From assembly GCA_036802685.1 (NCBI GenBank), contig DAIRVS010000005.1:10027-71880 (forward strand): a stretch of DNA of 61,854 bases, in the 5' to 3' direction. This document shows, one piece after another, positions 19,737 to 28,673 of this stretch. The notes beneath the pieces were generated by a model, which was not told the DNA's origin, did no database searches, and saw nothing but the letters and a program-made list of their open reading frames with translations. The translations under genes and the position numbers were made by a program. Positions within the stretch are counted from its first letter, which is position 1, and every line of letters starts with the position of its first letter. The DNA is from Myxococcota bacterium. Its GTDB lineage: Bacteria; Myxococcota_A; Polyangia; HGW-17.

Positions 19737-21470
19737 TCAGCCGCCGACGAACGGATACTGGAAGGACTTGGTCGAGGGCTTCTTGAACTTCGGGAACTTG
19801 GCGCCCCTCACGGCCTTCTCGATGCAGCCGCCCAGCGGGGAGGAGGCGTGTTCGCCGGAGGCCGAGGCGCTCTGGACGTTACCATTGCAGCCCACGGACA
19901 CGCGGACGGTGACCTTGCCGGAGATGCCGAACTTGGAGAAGCAGGCGTTGACCGCCGTGCGGACGTTGGACATGCCGTCCTTGACGTCGGCGGGGGTGAG
20001 GGTCTCGTTGGGGTTGCCGGCACAGGCGTCGTCGCCGCCGGAGTTCATGGGGCCGTCGCCGCCACGGAACGGGGCGCAACAGTCGGGGGCGTTGTTCTTC
20101 AGCATGCACCACACCTTGGTGCAGCCGCCGTCGGCGGGCATGTCGTCGTTCATGGGCGGCATGTCGACGGGCATGTCCGGGGTCATGACGGGGTCCATGG
20201 AGCCGCCCATGACCACCACGGGGTCCATGGAGCCGCCCATCTCGACCGGGCGGTCGCCGCCCATCTCGGCAGGCATGTCGGGAGGCATGTCGCCGTCGGC
20301 AGGCATGTCGGGGGGCATGTCGCCGTCGGCGGGCATGTCGGGGGGCATGTCGCCGTCGGCGGGCATGTCGGGGGGCATGTCGGGAGGCATGTCGCCGGGG
20401 CCCATGTCGTTGTTGGCCGCGGGCATGTCACCGGGTGTCTTGTTGTTGGCCGCCGCGACGTTGTTGGCAGCGGGCTTGTTGTTCTGGGCCACCGGGGTGC
20501 CGCCCTGTTCCTTCTTGCCGGAGGACATCTGCCACACCACGAACCCTCCGATGAGGACCACGGCCACGACGGCGCCGATGATGGCGGGTACGATCCATTT
20601 GGGCTTCTCGGACTCCATCTGAGTGGGGATCAGGACCGGCGCGATACTGATGGGGGTGGCGACGACGGGCGCGGCCGGCAGGTCGAAGGGGACCGCGTCC
20701 TGCTTGGCGGGTTTCCCCGTGTTCATCGACGCGGCCATCTCCTGGATGTCGACGAGCCCGGAGCCCTGGCTGGACGGATTGATGTAGCCGGGACGGGGAG
20801 CCGGCTTCTTCGCGGAGGACGCCGCCAGGTTCTGGAGGTTGTCCAGGGAGAAGAGCACGGAGTTCTCATGGCGCTGGCCCTTGAGGGCGGTAGAGGCGGA
20901 GGAATCCTCTTCTTCGGTGCCGAAGAAGCCGCCGCCGGCGGGCTTCGCCGCGGGTTCGGGGGCGGGTTCGGGGGCTGCCTGCTTGGCCGGGGCGGCCTGC
21001 CTGGCGGGCTCGGCCTTGGCCGGGGCGGGCTCGGCCTTGACCGGGGCGGGCTCGGCCTTGGCCGGAGCGGGCTCGGCCTCGGCTTCGGGGAAGTGGGCGG
21101 AGAACTCGCCCAACGTGCTGATCTTCTTCCAGTCGGGGAGGCCTTCGTTCCAGGCGAGCGCGTCGGGCGGGATGGCGCCGGCGGCGATCTGATCCACCAC
21201 CTCGGAAACAGTCATCGGACCATCGGTCTTGTCGCCGACGGCCACGTGCCAAATCTTGGCGTCCGCTTCACTAGCTGCGGCCTGGCCGCCGGACATGGCG
21301 CTGTAGTCCACCACGCGCGTGGACTCGTCTTCGCCGCCGCCCTCGTCGGCGGGCTTCACCATGATGACGTGACCGCACTTTTTACACTTGATCTTGAAGG
21401 TCTTTCCCTTGGTCAGTTTGTCATCCGAGAGCGAATACTTGGCATGGCAACTATCGCAGATCACTTTCAT
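19737..21470 (-). CDS. gltJ: GltJ/AgmX-like protein: zinc ribbon - GYF_2 - TM - Pro/Asp/Met linker - TonB-like C-terminal domain
   Basis: 577 aa. CDSCHAKY...IKCKKCGH zinc ribbon; WHVAVGDKTDGPMT...LAWNEGLPDW GYF_2 domain; TM WIVPAIIGAVVAVVLIGGFVVW; C-terminal VNACF...VTVRVSV...LGGCIEKAVRGAKFPKF. Confidence 0.8.
   Translation of the reverse strand: MKVICDSCHAKYSLSDDKLTKGKTFKIKCKKCGHVIMVKPADEGGGEDESTRVVDYSAMSGGQAAASEADAKIWHVAVGDKTDGPMTVSEVVDQIAAGAIPPDALAWNEGLPDWKKISTLGEFSAHFPEAEAEPAPAKAEPAPVKAEPAPAKAEPARQAAPAKQAAPEPAPEPAAKPAGGGFFGTEEEDSSASTALKGQRHENSVLFSLDNLQNLAASSAKKPAPRPGYINPSSQGSGLVDIQEMAASMNTGKPAKQDAVPFDLPAAPVVATPISIAPVLIPTQMESEKPKWIVPAIIGAVVAVVLIGGFVVWQMSSGKKEQGGTPVAQNNKPAANNVAAANNKTPGDMPAANNDMGPGDMPPDMPPDMPADGDMPPDMPADGDMPPDMPADGDMPPDMPAEMGGDRPVEMGGSMDPVVVMGGSMDPVMTPDMPVDMPPMNDDMPADGGCTKVWCMLKNNAPDCCAPFRGGDGPMNSGGDDACAGNPNETLTPADVKDGMSNVRTAVNACFSKFGISGKVTVRVSVGCNGNVQSASASGEHASSPLGGCIEKAVRGAKFPKFKKPSTKSFQYPFVGG
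20260..20410 (-). repeat. Coding tandem repeat (PPDMPADGDM-like, 30 bp) in the GltJ periplasmic linker
   Basis: Repeated GGCATGTCG units on the + strand; translation PPDMPPDMPADGDMPPDMPADGDMPPDMPADGDMPPDMPAEM. Boundaries approximate. Confidence 0.85.
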
Positions 21471-21524
21471 GGGAAGCCAACTCCTGGGGGTGACCGATCA
21501 GCCCGAAGCTGATTCAGGAACACT

Positions 21525-21553
21525 GTTCTATATATTTCAGGCTCGAATGTCAA
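21525..21553 (-). promoter_or_regulatory. Putative sigma70-type promoter of gltJ
   Basis: Minus strand TTGACA-N17-TAGAAC, about 55 nt upstream of the ATG. Confidence 0.5.
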
Positions 21554-21698
21554 TCCGGAGGATCCAGAAAAGAACCCTCTCGGGATGTGTCGGAACCCCC
21601 CTCCGTTCGACGCAGGATACGCACGCGAGGAGCCGGTTTCACCTGGAATACAAGCGGTCGCGTCGAACGCTCGGAGGCGCCCGGAGAGGAGAGGTGGA

Positions 21699-22115
21699 TC
21701 AGTGCCGGACGCTCTCGGTGCCGCCCTTGACGATGCGGCCGACGGTGCGGGGATACCATTTTACCTCGCCGCGGGAGTTGGGGACGTTCTGATTCTCCAG
21801 TTCCTGGGCGATCCGGTACGCGGACAGGCCGTCGCGGTGCATTTTGAGGATGAGCTCCTTCACGTCCTTCACGATGCGGAAGCGGCCGGTGTCCTTGCCC
21901 ATCTGGTTGAGGGCGGCGCGGATCGTGCTCTGGGACCACTGACCACCGCGGGCGGCCGGAATGCCTTCGTCGTTGAACGTGCGGGCGATCTCTTTCAGGG
22001 AAGCGCCGAGCTCGTGCATCTGGGCGATGCGCATGCGCAGTTCGGTGCTGATCTCGTAACTTCCACGGGCACGGCCACGGGACTTGGGCTTCTGGGGGAC
22101 GGTCTGCTCGGTCAT
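21699..22115 (-). CDS. Small protein of two tandem resolvase/recombinase-type HTH DNA-binding domains, no catalytic domain
   Basis: 138 aa from the ATG with SD AAGGAG. Repeats GASLKEIARTFNDEGIPAARGGQWSQSTIRAAL and GLSAYRIAQELENQNVPNSRGEVKWYPRTVGRIV. Confidence 0.8.
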   Translation of the reverse strand: MTEQTVPQKPKSRGRARGSYEISTELRMRIAQMHELGASLKEIARTFNDEGIPAARGGQWSQSTIRAALNQMGKDTGRFRIVKDVKELILKMHRDGLSAYRIAQELENQNVPNSRGEVKWYPRTVGRIVKGGTESVRH

Positions 22116-22457
22116 TTCATCACTCCTTGAGAAAACGGTTAGTAAACAAAAAATTTGCCGATGTACGGCAAAAACAATCTGAACAACCAAAGCCTCTACT
22201 CGGAACTCTCGAGCCAAATTTTAGAAAAAAAGAACTTCGGTCTCATCGACCCGGGAAAAACCCAGAGAATGAGACGATTCCGTCATCCGAGTAGGGTCAC
22301 TGTACCCAGAACGGCAGAAAATACAAGGCTTTTTTGCCACTATTTGCGACCTTGAATATTTTCGAAGGGTTATTAATCATGAAAATCTTTGATTTTCCAA
22401 TATTTTTTTGGGACCTCCCATGGGCAGAAAATGCGTGAAATTTACGGATCGCACCCG

Positions 22458-22511
22458 GTCAAGTCCAAGTCCAAGTCCAAGTCGAAATCGAAATCGAAAT
22501 CGAAATCGAGA
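22458..22511. repeat. Hexamer tract (AAGTCC)3 followed by (TCGAAA)4
   Basis: Read directly. Related tracts at 50988 and 59305. Confidence 0.9.
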
Positions 22512-22558
22512 ATCCGTTCCGGCGGATCTGGCTTCCACTCGTTTGTCCAGTCAAATCC

Positions 22559-22695
22559 CAGCGGTGGTCAAGTCCACTGATACCAGGACCCTCACAGGCT
22601 GATCATCCCGGTCACTTCGTGACCTCAGTCGGGACACCCTTTTGCGGGCGTCCCTCGGTCGCCGGTCAAGGGTTCAACGGACTTGACCGGCGCTG
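22559..22695 (+). ncRNA. Candidate structured ncRNA (rod-like, possibly 6S-like)
   Basis: Intergenic. 22559-22575 pairs with 22679-22695 (17 bp, one mismatch, one G-U on the + strand). Inner helix 22586-22592/22669-22675. Hairpins at 22610-22624 and 22631-22654. Family assignment unverified. Confidence 0.35.
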
Positions 22696-22808
22696 TCAGA
22701 ACTCGATCGCCCGGGGATCCTCGTATGGGGTGGTGGTGCCGGCCCACGGAATGTGCTAGAAAAAGAGACCCGTGAACTTCCGGGTGACCGCCCGAGAGGA
22801 GTACGATC

Positions 22809-24983
22809 ATGTGGACATGGCGCATCCTGCCGTTGGTCGTTTGTTTTTTAATTTTTGCCTGTGAGAGGGATGGGACGCGGGTGACCTGCCGCACGGTGAA
22901 CGACTGCAGCCGGGGCCAGGTCTGCGATCCCGACACCCTCACCTGCGTACCGGGGCGGATCGCCGACATGGACGTGCCCGACCTCGACGGCGGGCTCCCC
23001 CTGCCCGACGGACCGGTGGCCGACGGGGACGTGGTCACTGATGGACCGACGCCGGACGGGGACGCGGTGGAGCTCGACGATCCCGTGCGCGTCTGCCGGT
23101 ACGTCCCGCCGCCGGGGGACTTCTTGCCGGTGATGAAGTGCCGCTGGAACTCCTCCGTGCAGTACGCGACCTCCGACGACGTCGTCATGACGCCGGCGGT
23201 GGCCAACCTCACGGATGACAACGGCGACGGCGTCATCGACACGCGCGACGTCCCGGACATCCTCTTCGTGACTTACCGCCTGGCCGAGGACGGTTGCTGC
23301 AACACCCCGGGGGTGCTGCGCGTGGTCTCCGGGCGCTGCGGAGACGACGGTCACCTGGTGGAGCACTTCTCGGTGGCCACCCCCGCCCTGGACAACTCGG
23401 CCGGCCTGGCCGTGGGCGATCTCGACGACGACGGCTTGCCCGACATCGTGGGCATGACCCGCACCAGCGGCACCGTCGCCTACTCGAACACGGGCGTCGT
23501 GAAGTGGACCAGCCCGCATCCGCAGGGAGAGGACACCCTCACAGCGGTGCAGCCGGCCATCGTCGATCTCGACGGGGACGGCGTCGCCGAGGTCCTCGTC
23601 GGTCGCGTCGTCCTCGACGGGCTCACCGGGCTCATCAAGTGGCGCGGCGTGGCCGGCCTGGGCATCAACGCCTTCCTCGGTCCCATGAGCTTCGCCGCCG
23701 ACCTCGATCTCGACGGTCGGCCCGAGATGATCGCCGGGAGCTCGGTGTACCGCGCCGACGGCCTGTTGCTCTGGCAGTTCCCCTATCCGTCGGCCCAGTC
23801 CCCCTGCGCCTCCGGGAGCCGCCCCTGCGACGGATACGCCGCGGCCGGCGACCTCGACGCCGACCCCGAGGGCGAGGTCGTGATCGTCCGTTCGGGAGAC
23901 GTGTGGATCCTCCAGCACGACGGGACCCTGCTCGCCCACCTGCTGATCCCATGGGACAACTGCGCCAACAACGAGGGCGGTCCGCCGACCATCGCGGACT
24001 TCGACGGCGACGGCCGGGCCGAGATCGGGGTGGCCGGCGCGGATTTCTACGCGGTGTTTGACCTGGACTGCTGCGACGCGCTGCCGGACTGCCCCGCCGT
24101 GCCCGCCGGCGCCGACGCCTGCTCGGCGCCCGGCATTCGGTGGTCGGTGCCCAACAACGACTGTTCGTCGCGCGTGACGGGCTCCTCGGTGTTTGATTTC
24201 GACGGTGACGGACAGGCCGAGGTGGTCTACAACGACGAGACGAACTTCCGCATCTTCCGGGGCACCGACGGCACGATCCTGTTCGAGGAGCCCAACCGGT
24301 CCCACACCCGGCTCGAGTATCCGATCATCGCCGACGTCGACAACGACGGGAACGCCGAGATCGTCTTCATCGAGAACACCACAGTGGCAGGCAGCCCCGA
24401 CCACGGCATCGAGGTCTGGGGTGACGGGCTGGACCGCTGGGTGCCCACCCGCCGTATCTGGAACCAGCACATGTACGCGATCACCAACATCACCGAGGAC
24501 GGGCTGCTGCCGGCCTACGGTTCCCCGCCGAACTGGCTGCTTTACAACAACTTCCGGCAGAACCTCCCCGACTACGACGTGTTCGCCGCGCCCGATCTGC
24601 AGCTCGAGTGGCTCGGCGTGGATCGATCCCAGTGCAACGGGCGGCTCGGCCTGCGGGTGCGCGTCTGCAACTTCGGGTCGTTGCGCGTGGGCCCCGGGGT
24701 CCCGGTGACCTTCTGGGACACCATGGCCGGCGCCGCGATCGCGTGCGAGACGCCGACGGCCACCACTGCCACCCTGGAGCCCGAGGAGTGCGAGGAGGTC
24801 ACCTGCTGGTGGACCTCGCCGCCGCTGAACCCGGCCCGGGCGGAGGTCTCCGCCTGCGTGGACAACGACGCCCCGGCTTGCACCGCCGGCGGCCTGAACA
24901 ACGAGTGTCGCGAGGACAACAATGCCGCCGCCGTCTCCGAGGCAGGCTGCAATGGCCCCGTGGGCAAGGGAGGTGTCCGATGA
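22809..24983 (+). CDS. FG-GAP/VCBS-repeat beta-propeller lipoprotein with C-terminal CARDB-like Ig domain
   Basis: 724 aa, lipobox IFAC. Repeated DxDxDG loops (DLDDDGLPDIV, DLDGDGVAEV, DLDLDGRPEM, DFDGDGRAEI, DFDGDGQAEVVY, DVDNDGNAEIV). C-terminal ECREDNN. Confidence 0.88.
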   Translation: MWTWRILPLVVCFLIFACERDGTRVTCRTVNDCSRGQVCDPDTLTCVPGRIADMDVPDLDGGLPLPDGPVADGDVVTDGPTPDGDAVELDDPVRVCRYVPPPGDFLPVMKCRWNSSVQYATSDDVVMTPAVANLTDDNGDGVIDTRDVPDILFVTYRLAEDGCCNTPGVLRVVSGRCGDDGHLVEHFSVATPALDNSAGLAVGDLDDDGLPDIVGMTRTSGTVAYSNTGVVKWTSPHPQGEDTLTAVQPAIVDLDGDGVAEVLVGRVVLDGLTGLIKWRGVAGLGINAFLGPMSFAADLDLDGRPEMIAGSSVYRADGLLLWQFPYPSAQSPCASGSRPCDGYAAAGDLDADPEGEVVIVRSGDVWILQHDGTLLAHLLIPWDNCANNEGGPPTIADFDGDGRAEIGVAGADFYAVFDLDCCDALPDCPAVPAGADACSAPGIRWSVPNNDCSSRVTGSSVFDFDGDGQAEVVYNDETNFRIFRGTDGTILFEEPNRSHTRLEYPIIADVDNDGNAEIVFIENTTVAGSPDHGIEVWGDGLDRWVPTRRIWNQHMYAITNITEDGLLPAYGSPPNWLLYNNFRQNLPDYDVFAAPDLQLEWLGVDRSQCNGRLGLRVRVCNFGSLRVGPGVPVTFWDTMAGAAIACETPTATTATLEPEECEEVTCWWTSPPLNPARAEVSACVDNDAPACTAGGLNNECREDNNAAAVSEAGCNGPVGKGGVR

Positions 24984-27598
24984 TCCTCCCGCTGATGTGC
25001 ACGCTTCTTTTCGGCGCGCAGAACACGCTGTACTTCGATTTCACCCCCCGGCCGTTCCAGCAGGGCGTCTACCAACTGAGCGCCAACGTGGTGGTGGATG
25101 ACGGCGCCGCCCGGCTGGCCGCGGCCCCCGACTGGCACCTGCCCGGCTGGGCGGCCCGCGTCGAGTTCTTCGTGGAGAACGCGACCACGGTCCAGCTCGA
25201 GGAGTACCCCGTTCACGTGGACCTGTCCCGGTTGCCCGCCGAGCTCTTCGACGTCGCGGCCATCGACGGCGCGGATCTGCGCCTGGTGGACGCCGACGGC
25301 GGGGAGATCACCGAGTTGTGGGTGGAGAACTTCGATTTCATCGCCCGCACCGGCGAGCTCTGGCTCCAGTTGCCCACCCTGCCGCCGGGGCAGACGCGGA
25401 TTTATCTCTACTTCGGGAACCCCGTCGCCGAGCCGGCAGGTTCCTGGCAGGCCGTCTTCCGCTGGTCGTCCCTGCGGTACGGAGCCTGGTGGCCCTTCCC
25501 GGGGACCTCCCAGGTGAGTGTCGTCTCCCTCGAGCCCGTGCGGGTGCAGGTTGGCGCCTCGGCGGCGGTGGACGTGACGGCCCAGCCGCTCACCTTCGCG
25601 GCCGACCCCGGGGTCGTGGCGGCCAACGGACCGTACGTCCTGGCCGGGGATCTCAACGCGTCCGACCTCGCCGTACCCTTCTCGATGGCCGGGACCGCCT
25701 TCACCTTCGCCGCCCAGCGGGGCCTCGACGTCCTGGAGGTCTTCTCCCCGTTCGGCGTGGCCCAGGTCAGGCTGCTGCAGGGGGAGACCGTGCTCGCGGA
25801 GGCCACCGTGGGCCAGTTGGCGGCGCAGAGCCTGACGGTGGACGTGCCCACCGGGGCTTATCGGCTGCTCTCGGACAGCCCCGTGGTCGCCTTCCACTGG
25901 ACCTCGGACGGCTACGACGGGCACCCGCTGGTGCCGGCCTCCACCGAGCTCTGGGGGGCCGCCCTGGGCACTGTCTACGTCACCGCCCTCGAGGACGACA
26001 CACACCTGACAGTGTATCGGTCCGACCTCGTGACCACGACGCACACGCTCCAGCGCGACGCCGTGCTGACCCTGTCCTACGGCGCCACGGCCGGGAGCGG
26101 GCCCGCCCTGCACCTGGTGGCGGACAAGCCCGTGGGGGCGCTGTCCCAGGCCGACGGCTCGGGCGGCGAGAGCGTGGCCTTCTTGTCCGGACGTCTGTTG
26201 GGCCGCGACTTCGCGCTGCCCCGCTCCGCCACCTACCTCGCGCTGGCCGCCACGGCCCCCGCGACCGTGTGCGCGACCGCCACCGCCGATGGAACCCCCC
26301 TCTCCCAGGTGACCTCCGAGGCCACCCCGTCGCCGTTCCCGAACAAGCTCCTGTTGGGCGCCCTGCCTGCCGGGACGCGGCTCACGTGCACGGCGCCGGT
26401 GGCCGCCTTCGTGGAGGACGCCGCGCTGGGGGATGAACGGCACCTGGCCACCGTCAAGGATCATCGCCCGTTCGTCCATCCGGAGCCCACGCTGGAGGCG
26501 GTCGCTTCCCTGGCCGTGCCGCGCTTCGATCCGGGACCCGGACGGGTCGTCACCCCCGAGCTGGTGGTCCCGCACCGGATCACCCGGTGGGAGGAGATCG
26601 GTTTCCTCGCGCCCACCGCGCGCCCTGCGGAGACGGCCCTGCGGTTCGAGGTGAGCACCGACGCGGGCGCCAACTGGCAGGTCTATGACGGTCTGGCCTG
26701 GGTGGATTCGGCCGGCGTCGGCATGGAGCCGGGCTACCTGGCCGCCGGATTCCCTCAGTTGCCGGCGGGGCGTTCGCTCATGCTGCGCGCGACCCTCACG
26801 GGGGACGGAGCCGACACGCCCGTGCTGGGTCCCGTCGCGGTTACCTACCGCTATGACGAGGGCGCCGCCTCTCTGCGATTCGGCCCCATCGGCAGCCCCC
26901 AGTTGCAGGGTGTGCCGTTCCCGGTGACGGTGGAGGCCGTGGACGCCGACGGCGCCCTCCTCGCCGGCTACGACGAGCCCCTCCTGCTCTCGGCCGGCAG
27001 CGCCCGGCTTCAGCCCGCGCGGCACGAGGGTTTCCTGGACGGACGTGCGGTCTTCTATGTGGTGGTGATGGACGCGGGAGAGGGGATCACGCTCTTCGCC
27101 TCGGACGGGCAGGCCTCGGGCGTGTCCGAGCCGTTCGACGTGCTGCCGGTGGACGCCGCTCGTCTCGAGAAGGTTGCAGGCGACGGCCAGTGGGGCTTTG
27201 AGGGGGAACCCCTCGAGGTCCCGCTTGTGGTGCGGCTCCTGGACGCCGAGGGGCGCCCGCTGGCCGCCCACGACGTGACCTTCACCGCAGACGCGGGCAC
27301 CTTCGAAGGGGATGACGACGGAGTCACCACGGTCGAGACCGGTAACACCGGCTATGTGGCGGTGACCTTCGTTCCGGGGCGGGGCGCGAACGTGGTGACC
27401 GCCACCCACGGTGGGCTGGAACCCGTGGTGTTCTCGGTGCGGGGCGACGAGCGGGATCCGACCCTGTACGATGCCGCGGGCTCCACGGCCTGCGCCGCAC
27501 GACCCGGTCTGTCCGGGGTGCGGACCCGGGTGATTGCGCCGCTGCTGACGTTGCTGGGACTGCTGTTCCTGCGCCGTTCGCGCCGTCGCCTACGGTGA
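24980..27598 (+). CDS. DUF2341-domain surface protein with Ig-like domains and MYXO-CTERM-like sorting tail
   Basis: ATG overlaps the upstream stop (ATGA); 872 aa. DUF2341-like DGADLRLVDADGG...LWVE...LWLQLPTL...IYLYFGNP. Big-1-like LEKVAGDGQ...PLVVRLLDAEGRPL. Tail GSTACAA...LLTLLGLLFLRRSRRRLR. Confidence 0.8.
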   Translation: MILPLMCTLLFGAQNTLYFDFTPRPFQQGVYQLSANVVVDDGAARLAAAPDWHLPGWAARVEFFVENATTVQLEEYPVHVDLSRLPAELFDVAAIDGADLRLVDADGGEITELWVENFDFIARTGELWLQLPTLPPGQTRIYLYFGNPVAEPAGSWQAVFRWSSLRYGAWWPFPGTSQVSVVSLEPVRVQVGASAAVDVTAQPLTFAADPGVVAANGPYVLAGDLNASDLAVPFSMAGTAFTFAAQRGLDVLEVFSPFGVAQVRLLQGETVLAEATVGQLAAQSLTVDVPTGAYRLLSDSPVVAFHWTSDGYDGHPLVPASTELWGAALGTVYVTALEDDTHLTVYRSDLVTTTHTLQRDAVLTLSYGATAGSGPALHLVADKPVGALSQADGSGGESVAFLSGRLLGRDFALPRSATYLALAATAPATVCATATADGTPLSQVTSEATPSPFPNKLLLGALPAGTRLTCTAPVAAFVEDAALGDERHLATVKDHRPFVHPEPTLEAVASLAVPRFDPGPGRVVTPELVVPHRITRWEEIGFLAPTARPAETALRFEVSTDAGANWQVYDGLAWVDSAGVGMEPGYLAAGFPQLPAGRSLMLRATLTGDGADTPVLGPVAVTYRYDEGAASLRFGPIGSPQLQGVPFPVTVEAVDADGALLAGYDEPLLLSAGSARLQPARHEGFLDGRAVFYVVVMDAGEGITLFASDGQASGVSEPFDVLPVDAARLEKVAGDGQWGFEGEPLEVPLVVRLLDAEGRPLAAHDVTFTADAGTFEGDDDGVTTVETGNTGYVAVTFVPGRGANVVTATHGGLEPVVFSVRGDERDPTLYDAAGSTACAARPGLSGVRTRVIAPLLTLLGLLFLRRSRRRLR

Positions 27599-28657
27599 GC
27601 CTTCGGACCCTGCCGGGGTGCCGTCAGGCGGGGTCTCTTCCTCCACCACCTTCGGACCCACATAAGGGAAGAAGGCGCACCACCCGAGGTAGGCCAGCCC
27701 CAGCACGTTGAACACCAGGCGGCGCAGCCGGCGGATGAACTCTTGCATGAAGCCGTACACGGGATCGAAACCGATCCACTGGTACAGACCCATGCTGCCG
27801 GCCTCGGTGACGCCCATCTCCACGGGGGAGAGCGAGACCACGGTCTGCAAAAGGGAGCTCCCGGTGAATAGAAAGACACTCGTGGCCCAGGAGACCTCGA
27901 CCCCCAGGAGCCTGAGGACGAACCAGATCTCGTAACACACGCTCACGTGGACCAGCAGCAGCAGCAGGGCGGCGGCAAGGAGTCGCCAGCGGTAGTTCCG
28001 GCCGAAGTCGCGGAAGGTCTCGTCGAGCTCGTGGGAGAAGGACTCCACCTTGGAGAGATCCAGGCGGCGCACCAGCGGCAGCCGGTGCAGCCAGCGCGCG
28101 ATGCGCTTGACCCCGATGCGGGTGACCAGCCACCAGGCCAGCGGCAGGTACAGGGCGGTGAGGAGCCCCAGGCCGAGGAACCAGAGCACGACCACCGTGC
28201 CGATGGGGCGCGGGTCGGTGTCGAAGGGGCCGAACACCAGGTACAGCAGCGGACCGGCCACGGTGACGAGCTTCTTGGTCACCGCGTAGAGGAAGTTCCA
28301 CAGCAATAGCGAGGAGACGGCCTCGTGGGCGCCGATCACGGGGCCGATGAGGTTCCCCTTCACGAACTCGCCGCCGTCCCCGGAAGGGGTCAGCGCGTTG
28401 ATCGCGGTCCCCGAGTTGGCCACGAGCATGATCCGGATCATGGACACGGGCCGACGGATCAGCAGACGCCAGGAGACCGTGTCCCCGAGCATGGTGACGA
28501 GGTAGATGGGAAAGAGCCAGAAGAAAGACCAGCCCGTGCGGGATAGGTGCTCCTTCGTGGTATCCCAGCCGATGTTGCGGATCAGGCCCACGATGACGAC
28601 GGTCCCGACGAGGAAGACGATGAGATTGAATATTTGGCTTCTCCTGAATTTGGGCAT
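27590..28657 (-). CDS. Lysylphosphatidylglycerol synthase TM-region / flippase-like (UPF0104/YbhN-type) membrane protein
   Basis: 355 aa, multi-TM. WRLLI, NALTPSGDGGEFVK, SPVEMGVTEAG, RRLRRL. Confidence 0.8.
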   Translation of the reverse strand: MPKFRRSQIFNLIVFLVGTVVIVGLIRNIGWDTTKEHLSRTGWSFFWLFPIYLVTMLGDTVSWRLLIRRPVSMIRIMLVANSGTAINALTPSGDGGEFVKGNLIGPVIGAHEAVSSLLLWNFLYAVTKKLVTVAGPLLYLVFGPFDTDPRPIGTVVVLWFLGLGLLTALYLPLAWWLVTRIGVKRIARWLHRLPLVRRLDLSKVESFSHELDETFRDFGRNYRWRLLAAALLLLLVHVSVCYEIWFVLRLLGVEVSWATSVFLFTGSSLLQTVVSLSPVEMGVTEAGSMGLYQWIGFDPVYGFMQEFIRRLRRLVFNVLGLAYLGWCAFFPYVGPKVVEEETPPDGTPAGSEGSP

Positions 28658-28673
28658 GGAACTCCGGGGGTCG

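Noticed and set aside
21699-22217. Serine recombinase / mobile element
   Set aside because: Only DNA-binding repeats are present. No catalytic Y-x-R-x-S domain, att-like flanks or cargo. Kept as a probable regulator instead.
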